A DNA stretch of 64,000 nt from Laetmonice hystrix (Eukaryota): positions 24,182,001 through 24,246,000 of the forward strand of contig OZ249436.1 in assembly GCA_965235115.1 (NCBI GenBank), written 5' to 3'. Within the stretch, counting starts at the first letter, position 1. The number at the start of each line of letters is the position of its first letter. This document shows, one piece after another, positions 38,040 through 51,297 of this stretch. The position numbers were made by a program, and so were the translations under genes. The notes beneath the pieces are model-generated. The model saw only the letters and a list, made by a program, of their open reading frames with translations. It ran no database searches and had not been told where the DNA came from.

Positions 38040-38687
38040 TAAATACACAGGAACGACCGAGTGTGTGATACGGGATTCTGTATCAGACGAGGCGGCAAGC
38101 GCGGAGTAATATCAGCACGAGTGCGAAGCACGAGTGCTGATGTGAATCTCCGCGCTTGCCGCCGAGTCTGATACAGAATCCCGTTATCACACACGAGTTT
38201 GTTCCTGTATTTATTATACCTTTTTCATAAATTAATTAATGGTAATATATTTAAATTGGATTAATTGTTTCTAACTTAGTGAAAATGCGCTGTATTGGCG
38301 ACTATTTTATGTGACGCCGGGACATAACTATGACGATGAATTATGACGTAGGTCATTTTGACGACATCGGTCATGGTAACAATTCAACAAACGGATTGTG
38401 ACGTCAGGTAACAGTCGAACAAATGAATTGTGACGTAGGTATTAAAACACGCACTCTCCGTTCATTGGTGGAAAAATGAGGTCGGGCCATATCTGGGTCA
38501 GTAAACAGTGGTGATACAGGATTTCAAGTAGGCCAAACACGAGTCACATGGTACAAATGCCGGATGTCTATTGGTACAAAACTGGGTCGAACTATTTTTA
38601 GGTCAGTGGACAGGGGTAATACAGATTTTTTATCACACTCGTAGCTCAGCCAATCAGCGCTCGTTATTTCGTGCAAAGGTATAATAA
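38040..38687. mobile_element. Palindrome-headed non-autonomous element (Crypton-like, tentative), copy 1
   Basis: ~170-bp hairpin at the left end, then TTATTATACC ... GGTATAATAA; near-identical copy at 52352-53001. Confidence 0.7.
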
Positions 38688-40706
38688 GGATAAAAGTAAC
38701 CATAACGTCACCACAATGTGATTCTGACGTCACAATAGACAACAATGCACTCTGACTCAATTTGATTGTGACGTCACTATGACCAACAATGGACTCTGTC
38801 CCAATGTCATTCTGACGTCACAGACACAGGTCTCAGACTGTGCACAAGAATCGCCTATGCTGTTTTGCAAGGTGTCCCCAAGTCATTGAAAGTTCTGCTT
38901 ACACATGGAAGGAAAATGTAGGCCTAACTCACAAGCAGTGAAAGTTAGGATCTGTGCACGGTACTACACTATACCGTACCGTGGAGCTACTTTGCAAGCA
39001 AAATAACACAGCAAGAAATTATCCGGAGAGAGCACTTAGTTAGCCGTCATGGAGCTACTTTGGCTTGTAAAACTTACTTTTGAAACTTTTAAAGACAAAG
39101 TAAGCGCCTATTCACCTAGGCAGGGGCGCCTGTAGAAATATTTTTCAGTATGAATTCGCACAGAGTTTAAAGGTAGAGAATACACGAGGAGTGGTTTAGA
39201 AATAGGATTTATAAATGACGTCGGAAAGTAGTGCTGGTTCGAACGAGTTACGTTACCAAAGTCAGGTCGGATTTTAGAGCCGATTTGTTTATTTAAGCAT
39301 AAAAAAAAATTTCAACAAAATTTTCCATTATACGCATGTATGCGTATAGTGCATATAGGCTGCAGGCGCCACTGCCTAGGGGCCATCCATAAATGACGTC
39401 ATGGCCTAGGGGGGAGGGGTGTTGGGATTTTATGACAAGGGGAGGGGTCAGCTCATGTATGACGTCATGTCTTAATTTTTTAGTGTAGCCACTCGAGGTG
39501 AGGGGCTCTCAGACCACTTGGTATTGAAGTCTCTATTTTAAAAGCCTTATAAACATCAGTGTTCTGCAAGACTATGTTCACCTACAGAGTGTGGAGATTC
39601 TATATAATGAACTGTCAGGTAGGCTAGAGGAGAAGGTTATGAATTTATGATCCTCCACTAAAAATATTGGAAACTTGGTAAGAGCTTTCGAAATTCATGT
39701 AGGCCTATTACATTACATAACTGGTTTGAAAGTTCTGATGTAACTCATTAGCTTTAATCCATAAAAACACTCGATGAGAAAAATACAGATTGTTTCAGTG
39801 TCGTTGCAAACATTCTTGTTTGTTTTTAACAATGATCTCTTTTTGTTTTTCTCTGTAACGATATCTCTGTGTTTACTTTAGCCACATGCTGTATAGGCCT
39901 ATGCTGGGGTTAGATGCCTCACACAACCAAATCAATAAAATGCTGTACTTCACGCCACCCAAGGCCAGGAATCTCAAGTTCGTCAATCTGTCCTTCAATC
40001 TTACAGAGATGGCATATCTTTCTGCTTACCACTACCTCACCAAAGTTTTTCTTGAGAGTATCCTTCAAACATAACTTATAGTGAGTTATACACTAGGGGG
40101 GGCAAGGGGCCCGGGCCCCCTTAAATGCCCCCCCCCCCTTTTTTTAAGAAGACGCACTATTCGGACCCTGAAACCAGGATTCCAACAAAATTCTTTTAAA
40201 AAAGCCTCCTATATTGCACGTGATAGTAATATCGGGCCCAAAAGGGTCTCCACAGTCATCCAGGAGCAACATAACTCTGGGCCATGCAGCATTGAAATAG
40301 ACCAAAAGGTGCCTAAAATGGCCATATATAATAACAATAAAATCATGCCGAGCGTAGCGAGGCTAAACATATTTTTTAGGTGGGCCCCCCTTGTCAAAAT
40401 CCTGGATCCCCACTGCTGATTTTGCATGAATTATATGTTACAATTTACAAAACAAAAGAATGTTCGATTAGGGTGCCTAATTTGAAGAGTGGTTGGATAG
40501 GTAAGGGATAGAGAGTCAGGGTAATGATTTTTGAGCATAATAGGTCCTGTTTGGAAAAAAAAAACCCGCTCAACTGTTTTGTCTTGTATTCTTCATGGGT
40601 CTCCTTGCCTCCTACTGAAAGGTAATCAATCACCCTAGGGCCGCCGAGTTTTGTCGAAGCGGTGTCCCCATCTCCTACGAATCCGCGTATTTCAAGCTTA
40701 CCTGAT

Positions 40707-41045
40707 CAGGGTTCTCGCCAGAAATTTTTGACAGCATAGTGGTCAAACCAAGCGCACAGCCCTGGTTGGGGGTACGGGAGGGGCGACGCCCCCCCCCCCC
40801 CCAGTTCTGGTAATTTAGGCTATATTAGTGGTAAATACAAACAAATATGGCAACCCTACAGATGAGTACGATTTCGACATGTTCGAACGACATTTTACCA
40901 GTATTCCTGTGGGTTCTGTTGAATTTAGACAAGGCTTTACCGCTACGCTGTTCAAGAGACAACGTAACGGCCTAATAGACAGCGTAATTTCCCTGATAGA
41001 CAGTGTAGCGACCCGCTACGCTGATAATGGCTGGTGAGAACCCTG
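40707..41045. mobile_element. hAT-like MITE with 5-bp TSD
   Basis: TIR cagggttctc(g/a)ccag; CTGAT on both sides (40702-40706, 41046-41050). Confidence 0.8.
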
Positions 41046-44000
41046 CTGATATATATCTTGAATCTATCCCACTGGACTGATAAAACATATTTCTGTCGTA
41101 ATCATTTATAACATTGTTGTGCTAAGTCTGTTGTTGATTATGAACCATAATGAGGCGATACGTCCCATATTTATTCATCTCAATGCACTGAGAACCGAGA
41201 ACGACCGCCATGGCCGCGTTAGCATTGTTAGGGCGGTCGTTACTATAGCAACGGGATTGGGCGCATGCGTTGCCTCGCACTGCTCCGCCAGCCCTCCCCC
41301 CCATAATACAAATAAGGGCATAATGTGATTCGCGTGCTCTCGTCTCTAGCCAAATGGGTCAACGCTTAATTAATTAATTAAAAATATTGTCGATATGGAC
41401 GCGCCATGGTACCAAACTGCTAAAAAAAACTTAAAATAATTGTTTTTACTCAAGTTTTGTTGAATTAACTGCGTTTATTTCAATTTTCGGATCGATTACC
41501 TTTAAGGTTTTATATTGTTATACGAAAGATTACATGCGATTAAATAAAGGTAATAAAGGTACCCATATATAAGAAGTTAAAATCCATCTCCGTTACACTA
41601 TATAGGTAATACGTACTTGTTGCTAAGGACATTTTAGACTGCATATCTGTTGCTAGGCAACGAGCTGTCATTTGGAAATAATTGATGCTACTATGTTAAT
41701 CCCTGATAGCACTTTAGTAGGATAGGTGTGATTCTTTGTCTCCTGGAACCATTATGAAGCTGGTTGCTAAGCATGATAATGTTGCTAGGCAACATAACCC
41801 TAAAACATACATCACAGGAAGAATTCAGAATGTCTTTCTTTCTCAAAACAAAGATTATGATCCCAGGATGATTTACGAAGAAATATTAGCCTATGTATAG
41901 GCTATTCGTGAGATATACAATTGGTTTGGGTATTTGCCACACGTTAAGTGGTTCTCATGTCCATATATTATACCGGTAATTCCCACATTCATGCTGTATG
42001 GCGGCCATTTTGAATTTTGAGTAAAAAACATGGTTCCCCAAGGTTGATTCAGGTTGAATTTTTTTCACAGTCATATGGCACCAAAATGAAAGTATTTAAA
42101 TAAAAATATGGCTAAAATGTCTGGGTTCTCGTCAATTTCTACTGGACTAGAAACGTGATTTCCAGTCATTCATAGATGAGCTTGTCCACGGTCTCGTTGG
42201 GAATCACAGGGCACAGCGTAAAAAACGAGGAAGGCGATCTGCGGAAGTTCCAGAGCGGCTTGTTGAAGTTGGACAGCACTTCCCTCACGCTGAGGAAGAT
42301 GACAGCACGAACCACATTTGTGTTGTTTGTTCAAAGAAGCATCATGTGCACTCCAATTCGTCTGGAGGTCTCTTACGCAAAGACAACCCCTACAAACTTA
42401 CCAAAACTATTTTCAAATGTTCAGCGTGCAAAGTCTATCTGTGTGTGAAAAAAGGATCCACTTGCTTTCGGGATTATCACACCAAGGTGCAATATTGGCA
42501 GTAAAACCTGAAAAAAAGATGTACCTGGTCCTGTGTCACCTGGCCAAAAACTCGTTACCTGATTATTACACCTGTATCACCTGGGAAAAAACATGTCACT
42601 ACCTGTACCTTATCAATGTACACCTGGCACTAGTTTTCATCAATAACTGGATAAATATTTTGAATAAAATCACAAACACTTTTATTCATGTCCTATGGAC
42701 TTCTCTGTGCAGTTTTACATCAAGACACACCTGTAATTAATCTCGTTATCATGGACACAAAGACAGGTAAAGGTAATCTGTGATCAAGACATGCACTAAT
42801 GATATGTGGTCATTATGGGACTTGATTATTAGTGTTGATTATGTATAATTGGTTGCTTTTCTTTCAAATACTTCTTATTTATTACAAATTTTACCTTTTT
42901 CTTACCTGAGGCTCACCTGTGTAACGAGGAAAACTGACGAAGCAACACATAATTATGAAGCCGAACATTACTTCTATGAAACAAAAAAAAAATTATCGCT
43001 CTACCATGAAAAGTAAATCAGCTGGCACATTTTAAGTAGAGTATATGAAAAAATTGGTAAAATACCCAGGGAATTGGTCGTCTCCCTAGGGTTTTGCATG
43101 GGTTTTGAGTCGGTGAAAGAGTTAAGAAACTGAGTGAGTTAAGATTCACTCGTTGTGTTATCCCTGACCAATATGTGGATGCTACAGCTGAGCTACATCA
43201 TTTTTGTGATGGGAGCCAAGTCGGGTATGGGGCCTGTTCTTACGTACGAATCGTCAACAAAATAGGGCAAGTTAAAGTAGCTCTGATAGCTAGTAAGGCT
43301 CGTCTCGCACCTATAAAGCAGATCTCCGTCCCCAGACTGGAATTATCGGGGGCAACATTGGCCGTTCAACTCGACATATTACTCAGGCGAGAATTAGGTA
43401 TTCCCCTGGGCGACTCCACCTTTTCGACAGATAGTCAGGTGACTTTGGCGTATATTCATAACGATACTCGCCGATATAAAGTATTTGTAGCAAACCGAGT
43501 TTCATTAATTCGCTAGCATACTTCACCCCAGCAGTGGAATTATGTCAGTGGATCACTTAATCCTGCTGATGTTGTGTCAAGAGGTTGTGCTGCAACAGGT
43601 TTGGCGCCGAGCTGGGTTAATGGTCCCACATTCCTGTCACAATTCAAGTGTGATTGGGAAGCAGACTCGAGAGTCAGCTTTGAGGTCTCTAAAGATGATC
43701 CTGAACTACATAATGATCATAATGTTACCTGCATGGCCGTGACTAAAGTCTCCCCAAAACATCCAGTGGAATTATTATGGGAGCACTACTCCAGCTTCTA
43801 CAAGCTAAAGAAAGCTATTTGTTGGCTGGCGAGGTTCAGAGATTGGCTCAAAAAACGGGACGTTAAGGCCGGTCCTGTGACTGTACCTGAAATGGTATCA
43901 GCAGAAAATGTAGTGTTGGCACAAGTACAGAGGGAAGCCTACCAAAGGGAGAGAATCTCTCTACGGGACAAAGGGCAGGTCCTTAGATCTAGTCACATTT

Positions 44001-45829
44001 TGACTTTAAGTCTCATGTTACATGATGGTCTGATAGTCGTAGGTAGTCGTCTTAAACATGCTACAGTATCTGTAAGTGTGAAGCGTCCCATTATTCTACC
44101 TCGTAATCACCCAGTGTCACTCATGATTGTCCGCAAATACCACAATGATGCGCATGTTGGTACCGAATGGGTATTGAGCAGGATCAGACGTAGATTCTGG
44201 ATAGTCGGTGCTCGCAATATGATCAAGTCAGTAAGACGGGCTTGTGTTACTTGTAAACGGTTGTACGCGACCGTGATGACTCAAAAGATGGCCAATTTAC
44301 CTCTTGAGCGGGGACAGGCTTATTCTGGTCCATTCACCTACACAGGTCTTGACTTATTTGGACCTTTTTGGACTCGTTTCTGAATGCATTTATGCGCTTT
44401 GCCGCCAGGCGGGGGTTTCCTGCCAAGATTTGGTCAGACAATGGCACTAATTTAGTTGGGGCCCAGGCTGAATTGAAACGGTGCTTGCTCAAAATGGACC
44501 GAGAAAGAGTCATCAGAACTGCTCGGCGTCACCAGGTGGAGTGGGTCTTCAATCCTCCACAGGCGTCCCACCACGGAGGTGTGTGGGAGCGCATGATCCG
44601 CACCGTGCGTAAGGTATTACTAGCCTTACTAAACTCCGTTCAACCGCGGTTAACTGATGAAGTGTTGAACACGGTACTATGTGAAGCCGAAAATATAGTA
44701 AATAGTAGGCCGCTAACCAAGTGTAGCGAGGATGCCGAGGATGATACAGCATTGACTCCTAATCATTTACTAATCACAAAAGACAATCCCTCTGGTCCAT
44801 GGGATACTTTTCGGGAGGCTGATGCATACAGACGGCGATGGCGCCAGGCCCAGTTCTTGACCACACAGTTTTGGCGTAGGTGGGTTAGAAAATACCTGCC
44901 CATATTACACCAACGCCATAAGTGGCTGGAGGTGCAGCCCAACTTGAAAGTAGGGAGTCTGGTACTTATCAGTGATGAAAAGATCCCACGGGGTTCATGG
45001 CCATTAGGATTGGTCCTAGAGACTAACACGGGTAGGGACGGAATGGTACGTAGTGCAAGGTTAAAAACAAAGACATCTGTATTAGTACGCCCAATTAGTA
45101 AACTAATCCTCCTGGAAGGTGTTTAAAGTGTTTCGCCAGATGACCATTGGTAGGCTTATAGTTTATCACTTATCGCCAACTAAGATGTACCACTCTGTGT
45201 GACATGTTTTGTATAAGGAGGTGTAATATGGTGTGTGGGGGAGTGTTGTCGCCCTAATGTGGCGTCAATTTGATAAAGGCAGTCTATTATGTAATTTGTT
45301 GAACGCCGAAAGGTGCTGTTGTTATTGTTGTGTTCGATTGTAAATACGGTTTTCGAATTCGAGTCGGTCAATAGAAACGTCATCTGGCGTGATAGTTTGT
45401 TGTGGTTACTGCTCGAAGGGGGGCTCTTGGTTGCAAACCATATAAGGTAATGTGTGTGGTCGACACAAAGTATATAAGCAGACCATTGTATAAAAGTTAG
45501 GTGAGAACGAGAGGAGCGCTGACGGAGGTCGGACCCAGGCGATGTAGACCTACAGAGTGGGGGCAGACGGATTCCTTCCGTACCACGTGAGATATAGTAT
45601 GTGTAGTAGCCTACGTATTACTTTAATTGATTGTGGAGAAGAAAACGTGTGTGACGGAAACGGAAGCCCCTTGGAAAGAAGCATCGAAAATAAATCAATT
45701 TTGTAAAAACAGACGCCGCCTTCTTCCTGCCCATGACTCTGAACAACAGACAGTAATACCTACAGTTATGAATACAAATGCCCAGTTATTCAATTAAGTC
45801 TGTTCCCAGCACAAGGGTCCATCAACCCA

Positions 45830-46222
45830 CCCTGACTGGGAGGAATGGGGGAGTCACCGCCACCCTGACCTTATCAGCAGCAGTTACGTAAGGCTGCCAA
45901 CACCGGGCAGGGGAGGCGGCCGGCCATGCACAGCGGGTGATTTGTGTATTCAGAGATGCTAACCGTCAGTGTAAAAATATTCTTGTTATCCATTAAAACT
46001 TACAATTCTGGCCAGATTACCTTTCCAAAAAAATAACTAAACAATCAGTGGTATACCTGAATATATAGACTTTGTAATTGTTCTATTTGTATGTGGCTAT
46101 CTTAAACACGTTTTAAGGTAGAGCCTGTAAAGTCAGATTACATATATTTTGTCATAAATTAAAAATTATTGGTAAATTTATGAAAAGAATAATGCAGAGT
46201 GATCAGTGGTCAATAGCAGCAC
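45830..46222 (+). repeat. Interspersed repeat, copy 2 (copy 1 at ~21690-22110)
   Basis: Direct sequence similarity by eye. Confidence 0.85.
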
Positions 46223-46825
46223 ATTATGACATCAAAGGTCAAAGGTCAAAATAATGAAAATTAGTAAAAAGGCTCTATGCCCGATTATTAGGCTATGAAA
46301 AGTTTTGGGAAACTATGGATTATGGCTTCAAGAAATACCTATAATTTTAAAATTCAAAATACGTCATAACGTCATGACGTGACGTTATATGACGTAATAA
46401 TTATAAGAGTTGATTCTCTCTCCCATGGTGAATGTCCCTGCCAAGCTTCATTTGGATATCTTTATAAATGACTGAGCTGTCTGCACAAATACCTGGTAGG
46501 AAGAGGGGGTCCCCATGCACCCCAATGATATATATTTTTCTAACTTACTTTTTTGTATTCCTGAGAGTGTCTAATAAACGAATTTTGATGTTCCCATTGC
46601 GAAATATTGTCCCATGGGGTCCGTTTGGCGGCCATCTTGGCAGCCATCTTGGATGTCCAACGAAAGTTGATGATCAGCATAACTTTTGAACCAGACATCA
46701 TACAGGGACAAATGACCCCATTTTTCTGACTAATTTGGGCATGAGGAATCGATTGAGAGGGGTATTTTTATGATATGAACAAGCTGGATACATAAAAATC
46801 GGAAAAGTGTGAAAAATAATCAGTA

Positions 46826-47988
46826 TAGTAAAGTCAGCTAAGAGTGAGCAGGTGACCAAGAGTGCGCAGCCCTAATTTCCCGACGTACACAATAATAGAG
46901 CCTCGTTTTCACACTCAAGCAGACGACGCCATCGAGCTAAGGTAAGTTTGTCAGCGGCGAGGTGTCATCCCAATATATGACGTAGTAAGAGAGTTAAGGC
47001 CCTCGCACACTAAGCCGATTTACATCCGATCGGACATCCGATTTTCTTAACTTCTGAAATAATTTATTGGTAATTTGTGTCATCAAATCATTAAAGGACA
47101 TTTAATTTGTATAGATTAGATATATATTTTTCGTCGGACGCAAATATCAGATACATTTTATCATCAATCGGATGGCCGATCGGATGTAAATCGGCTTAGT
47201 GTGCGGAGGCCTTTAAGTTGTGAATAATGGCCTTCAAGATTTTCTTCCCCATCCAGGGAATTCCGATATTATGACAACATAAATAGATCAAGGGAGAAAT
47301 TCTCTGTATCCATTAAAATGAAGCCTGCCAGTCTTGCCAAACTCCGGCACGCTGAATTCAGTCTTTCTCACTAGATGGCGTAGCACTGTAAAATATCTGC
47401 CCTGGTCGGAGTCGTGTAAGAGTGCGCAGGTGCGCACTCTTACCCGACTATAGGTCTCGGACCAAGTATTTTCCTGTATATTTTAATATAACACAAAGCT
47501 CTATAACTACCCATCCAAAACAGATTTGGCAGAAATCGTACCATGTCTCTTGGAGACCCATCTTAGGGCTACAAAATATCAAAAAATGAGGGTGGCAAGC
47601 AAACCTCTTTTTTAAAGCGACCCCCCCCCCCAACAATTCTCTCTTTTTTTAATGGATTTGTACAGATCTCGAGTATGACCAATTCCGAAATAAAATCCGC
47701 AGAAAATCGTGGATCTGAGGAAGATTCTCGTCCCTGATAACATGCGCAATCTTGCCCAACCCCATTGCGCACTCTTATCCGAATGGTGGGATAAGAGTGC
47801 GCATTTTCATATTCTTGACTTTGTGGTGAATTTTGAAAAAAGTTTCAAATGTATGACATTCCTAGTCATCATATAAAAGGAATGTTAGTGTTTACTTATA
47901 TCCTGTAAGTTTGGAGTCCATTTGTTCATTCATGCAGATAGTAGGAGTCTTAGAAAAAAAAACTGTGCACTCTTAGCCGACCTTACCA
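46826..47988. mobile_element. Tc1/mariner-pogo-type non-autonomous element
   Basis: Imperfect TIR gtaaagtcagctaagagtgagcag / ctgtgcactcttagccgaccttacc; internal taagagtgcgca repeats. Confidence 0.65.
46997..47212. mobile_element. PIF/Harbinger-type MITE
   Basis: TTA TSD; TIR aggcc..cgcacactaagccgatttacatccgatcgg. Confidence 0.88.
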
Positions 47989-48195
47989 CACTTAAACCTT
48001 GCATAGGGACCATGTCTTCCTACTTGACTAGTAGAAGCACTAACAGCTTTCTCTTTTTAGCATATTGAACAGGGTATTTTCAAAAATTCCTTGACCACAA
48101 TGTTTCTCAAAAATCCTTGATCTCCTGAATTGGCTACAACTGGTGGCGGTGACAATACGCTAACATTAGTAGCATAGTTGCGGTGGTGGATGAGC

Positions 48196-49690
48196 ATGCC
48201 AAAGAAACGCAAGCGAGATAATGATGGTGGTCTAGAAGAAGTGCTGAAGAGTCCTCCTACATGTTGTATTTTACATGTTCAGCATCTAGACTTTACACCA
48301 CTCAGTAAAGTCAAAGGTTCTGCAACTGAGAAGCTGGCCCAGCTACATAGTATTCGTGACAGACGGCTCAGGGAACCTCATGATTCATCCTATCGCATGG
48401 AGGATATCTGTAATCAGATTCCAGAGAGTCTTGCTGGTGTAGATTTAAAAGCAATTGGCTATCATCGAGGCTGCTACCAAAGCTTTACTAAAAACCTTGA
48501 TCGCTTGAAGTGTAGTGTCGCAACTAATCGGGCTTCAACATCACGCTCCCCTCATAAACCACAATCTTCTTCCATGCAGCTATTCCCTCCAGAATGTGTC
48601 TTTTGTGGAAAACTTGAACTGAAGGTGTCTGGAAAGACTGAGCGATGTTTCAAGTTCCCAGTATTCAAGGACAAGGACGGAACCTTGAAGCAGCCTACTT
48701 GGAAACAGATTGAGCCTCGAGCCCTCGAACTAGGACTACATTAGCTACATCGCATGGTGCAAGGTGAGGATCTGTTTGCAAGAGAAGCAAACTTCCACCA
48801 GTCCTGTCGCAAGTCATTCAACCATACATCAATCACTTGCGTGACAAAAACTCTGCCTTTGATACACAGCAGGATCGTAAGGCTGCTGCACATCATATGG
48901 CATTCACAGTTGTGCTTGATTTCATTCAGGATAGAGTTATTGGTCACAATGAGATTGTGCAGCTTGCATCACTGCGTCTTCTCTATATGCAAGAGTTTGA
49001 GAGAAATGGCTGAAGGCCCGACTTGAAAACCATGCTATTCATGAGTTAATTGCTTTTGCCAAGGTCAATCCAGGTGACAAAGGTTGCATCACCTATATCC
49101 TTTTCACGTAGGCCTACGTAGAGCAGGCAGACAGGCACATCACTTAGAACATTTTGTCATCCTGAATCCCGGAAGCGGCGAGAAGTACTTTAGACTGATC
49201 AGACTAGGAGATGGTCTGGTTTGTTTGGGGTGTTCTGGGTGGTGGTAAGTTGACATTTGAGGTCTGAGGGCCCCACTTTTACTATGTCCCCCCTGTGTGC
49301 GCTGGAATACTATTACCACGGTCACTTTGTACGCAGCATTATGCTGAAGCAGATGGTTGGGGAGGACGAGGAACTGACGTCCAAATCCAAAGTGGATCTC
49401 TCCCGGCTCCCACCTTGCAGAGACAGCCTTGTTCCACATATTTACCGTGTGAATCATCGCCTTGCCCACTACAAGAGAGCTGACAAGGCGACCTTCTTCA
49501 GCCCCAAGCCCTACGATCCTGAGCAAGGCTGGAAAAAGACTGAGGAGGGCATTCTTGGGCCAGTATGGACATGTGGCCCTATTCTTCCCCCTTCCCTCAT
49601 TGACTTGGTAGAGAAGATTGTTGAGGAAGTGGAGGAGGAGGAAGAAGAAGGGGAAGAAATTGACTATGACGAGGTTCTTGAAGGAGAAGA
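48196..49690 (+). pseudogene. Academ transposase remnants
   Basis: ORF pieces 48178-48744, 48754-49026 and 49257-49910 carry the motifs listed for the element. Confidence 0.78.
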
Positions 49691-50454
49691 CCAGTCAAAA
49701 ATCACATTTGGACAGCTGCAAGGCCTCTATATACACTCACCTTTCAGAGTAGTGGCTGAAAATAAATTTTCCCCCATTCCAAGAAGTCATATGTTGAACA
49801 TGACAACCGTGTCAAAATCACTGGCTTCAGCGGCGCAGCCATTTGATGCTATTGGGCTGGCCGGAAGTGACGTACCCGGGCTAATCTATTGCATGCCGGG
49901 GCTAGGCTAGACTAGACTAAAGTAGGCCTAAAGGCAGCCGAGGCGCGTGGTAAAATCAACGGGGGTCAGTCCCACAGTCACAGTCACAACTAAAACAGGT
50001 CTGTGCTGACACAGGAGCCTGACACTGCCAGCACCCGCCCGCAGTCGAAGCCACTTTTAGGGCCCGGTCCAGTAAGCCCCGTCAACATCGATCACCTCCG
50101 CGAGCGGGACGAATTGAATGCCGGCGGCCGAAACCCATGGCTGGAGCTTGCCCAGATCCGTGTCCACCCTGATAATATATCCCCTGACATCGGTAGGCTT
50201 AATTCCTAGCCATTCCTCATCACTATGATGGATGGTTTTCGTCGATGTTCTAACAAATTTTGCTTATAAAAATAAGCTGTCAACGTTCGGTCAACGCAAC
50301 AGGTGCGTCAGTTTTTTGTTCCTCCCAAACTGGAGAGCAGAGGTTGGAGCATGCGCAAATGTGAGATCACTCAGATTAGCCCAAGAGCAGACAGCTAATG
50401 GCCGCCATCACCAGCGGAGCAGGTTCTAAGCAGGCTCCGGCACTAAAGTGCTTA

Positions 50455-51297
50455 TATAGGATGGATAAAAAAAAACGCCCCGAACTTTAAACTCCAATAT
50501 TTCAAAAAGTATTGATTGTAATTCAATGTAATTCACTTCATGATGTTGTCTCTTAGTTGTTAATGTTACAACTCAATAGCTTTGATAGTATTTCCGTAGC
50601 GCTAAAAAAAAAAAATCATTGTACAAAAGCGCAATGCCGGGCTAAAGCGAGTGGTAGTCGCACCCCTGTCCCTGGCCTCACACTAGAGTAGGTGGTCAAT
50701 CGGTCCCCCGTTTTCACTCTATACTGCTCTCAGTCTCTTTTTCCATGAGCCAATGCACTTCCTGATCTCTGATAGGGAAATATCTTCCCATTATTGGGAA
50801 ATAAGCAGCGTTCTGAACGTCTTGCTAAACGTGATAATGATACGATTTCCCTTAAACTTCTGGTTACAGTCATATCGTCCTAATGTTGAGGTTTCTCTGT
50901 AGGGTTTGGCAAATTAAACATCTGGGTTTCTCTAGAAGTACTAGGAATAGCATATAATTTATTATATCTAGTGGTTCACAACATTATACATATTGTAAAC
51001 CATGCAAAAACTAAATATTGAAAACTTCTTTACCCAAGGTACAATGCGGTGCATCAAATAAGTGTCAAATTGGACACCTGGCAGCTGCATGATATTTGAC
51101 CTAATTCCGGCATTGTGTTTTTAGACACTGATTTTTTAGCGGCACGGGATTAATATCAAAGCTATTGAGCTGAAACTTTAACATACGAGAGATACGAGAT
51201 ACGAGTTATATTAAGAGAAATTTTATTGAATTATAATGGATAGTTTTTGAGATATTAAAGTTTAAAGTTTGGGGCGTTTTTTTTTATCCACCCGATA
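50455..51297. mobile_element. Tc1/mariner-type MITE
   Basis: TA target; TIR ..ggataaaaaaaaacgcccc.aactttaaact; the corresponding empty site is seen in the homologous copy at ~8830. Confidence 0.85.

Larger units (their letters stand above)
37853..42149. mobile_element. Academ-like non-autonomous element with further nested insertions
   Basis: TIR TAGTCCAGTAGAAATTGAC / GTCAATTTCTACTGGACTA; 3-bp TSD GAA. Confidence 0.85.
36393..42504 (+). pseudogene. piggyBac transposase, 603 aa when 36393-37852 is joined to 42153-42504
   Basis: SIDECM, ADNFY and GGVDRND catalytic triad; the C-terminal part after the insertion reads KRDFQSFIDELVHGL..CVVC..CSACKVYLC..CFRDYH..stop, in frame. Confidence 0.95.
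36125..43121 (+). mobile_element. piggyBac-2 transposon with both ends
   Basis: TTAA TSD at 36121-36124 and 43122-43125; TIR ccctttcaccaac / gtcggtgaaagag; subterminal gatcccgg..taccgggat repeats. Confidence 0.96.
35095..45748 (+). mobile_element. 5'-truncated BEL/Pao retrotransposon (BEL-2) split by piggyBac-2
   Basis: RT 35124-36120 (FYVDD); the frame continues across the TTAA as WLDSLKKLSELRFTRCVIP; RNase H and integrase 43126-45126 with a stop and a deletion; PPT ggggag; 3' LTR TGTTG..CAACA at 45244-45748. Confidence 0.95.

Noticed and set aside
39378..39470. Zator-like terminus ggggccatccataaatgacgtca
   Set aside because: Only one end found, so the element cannot be delimited.
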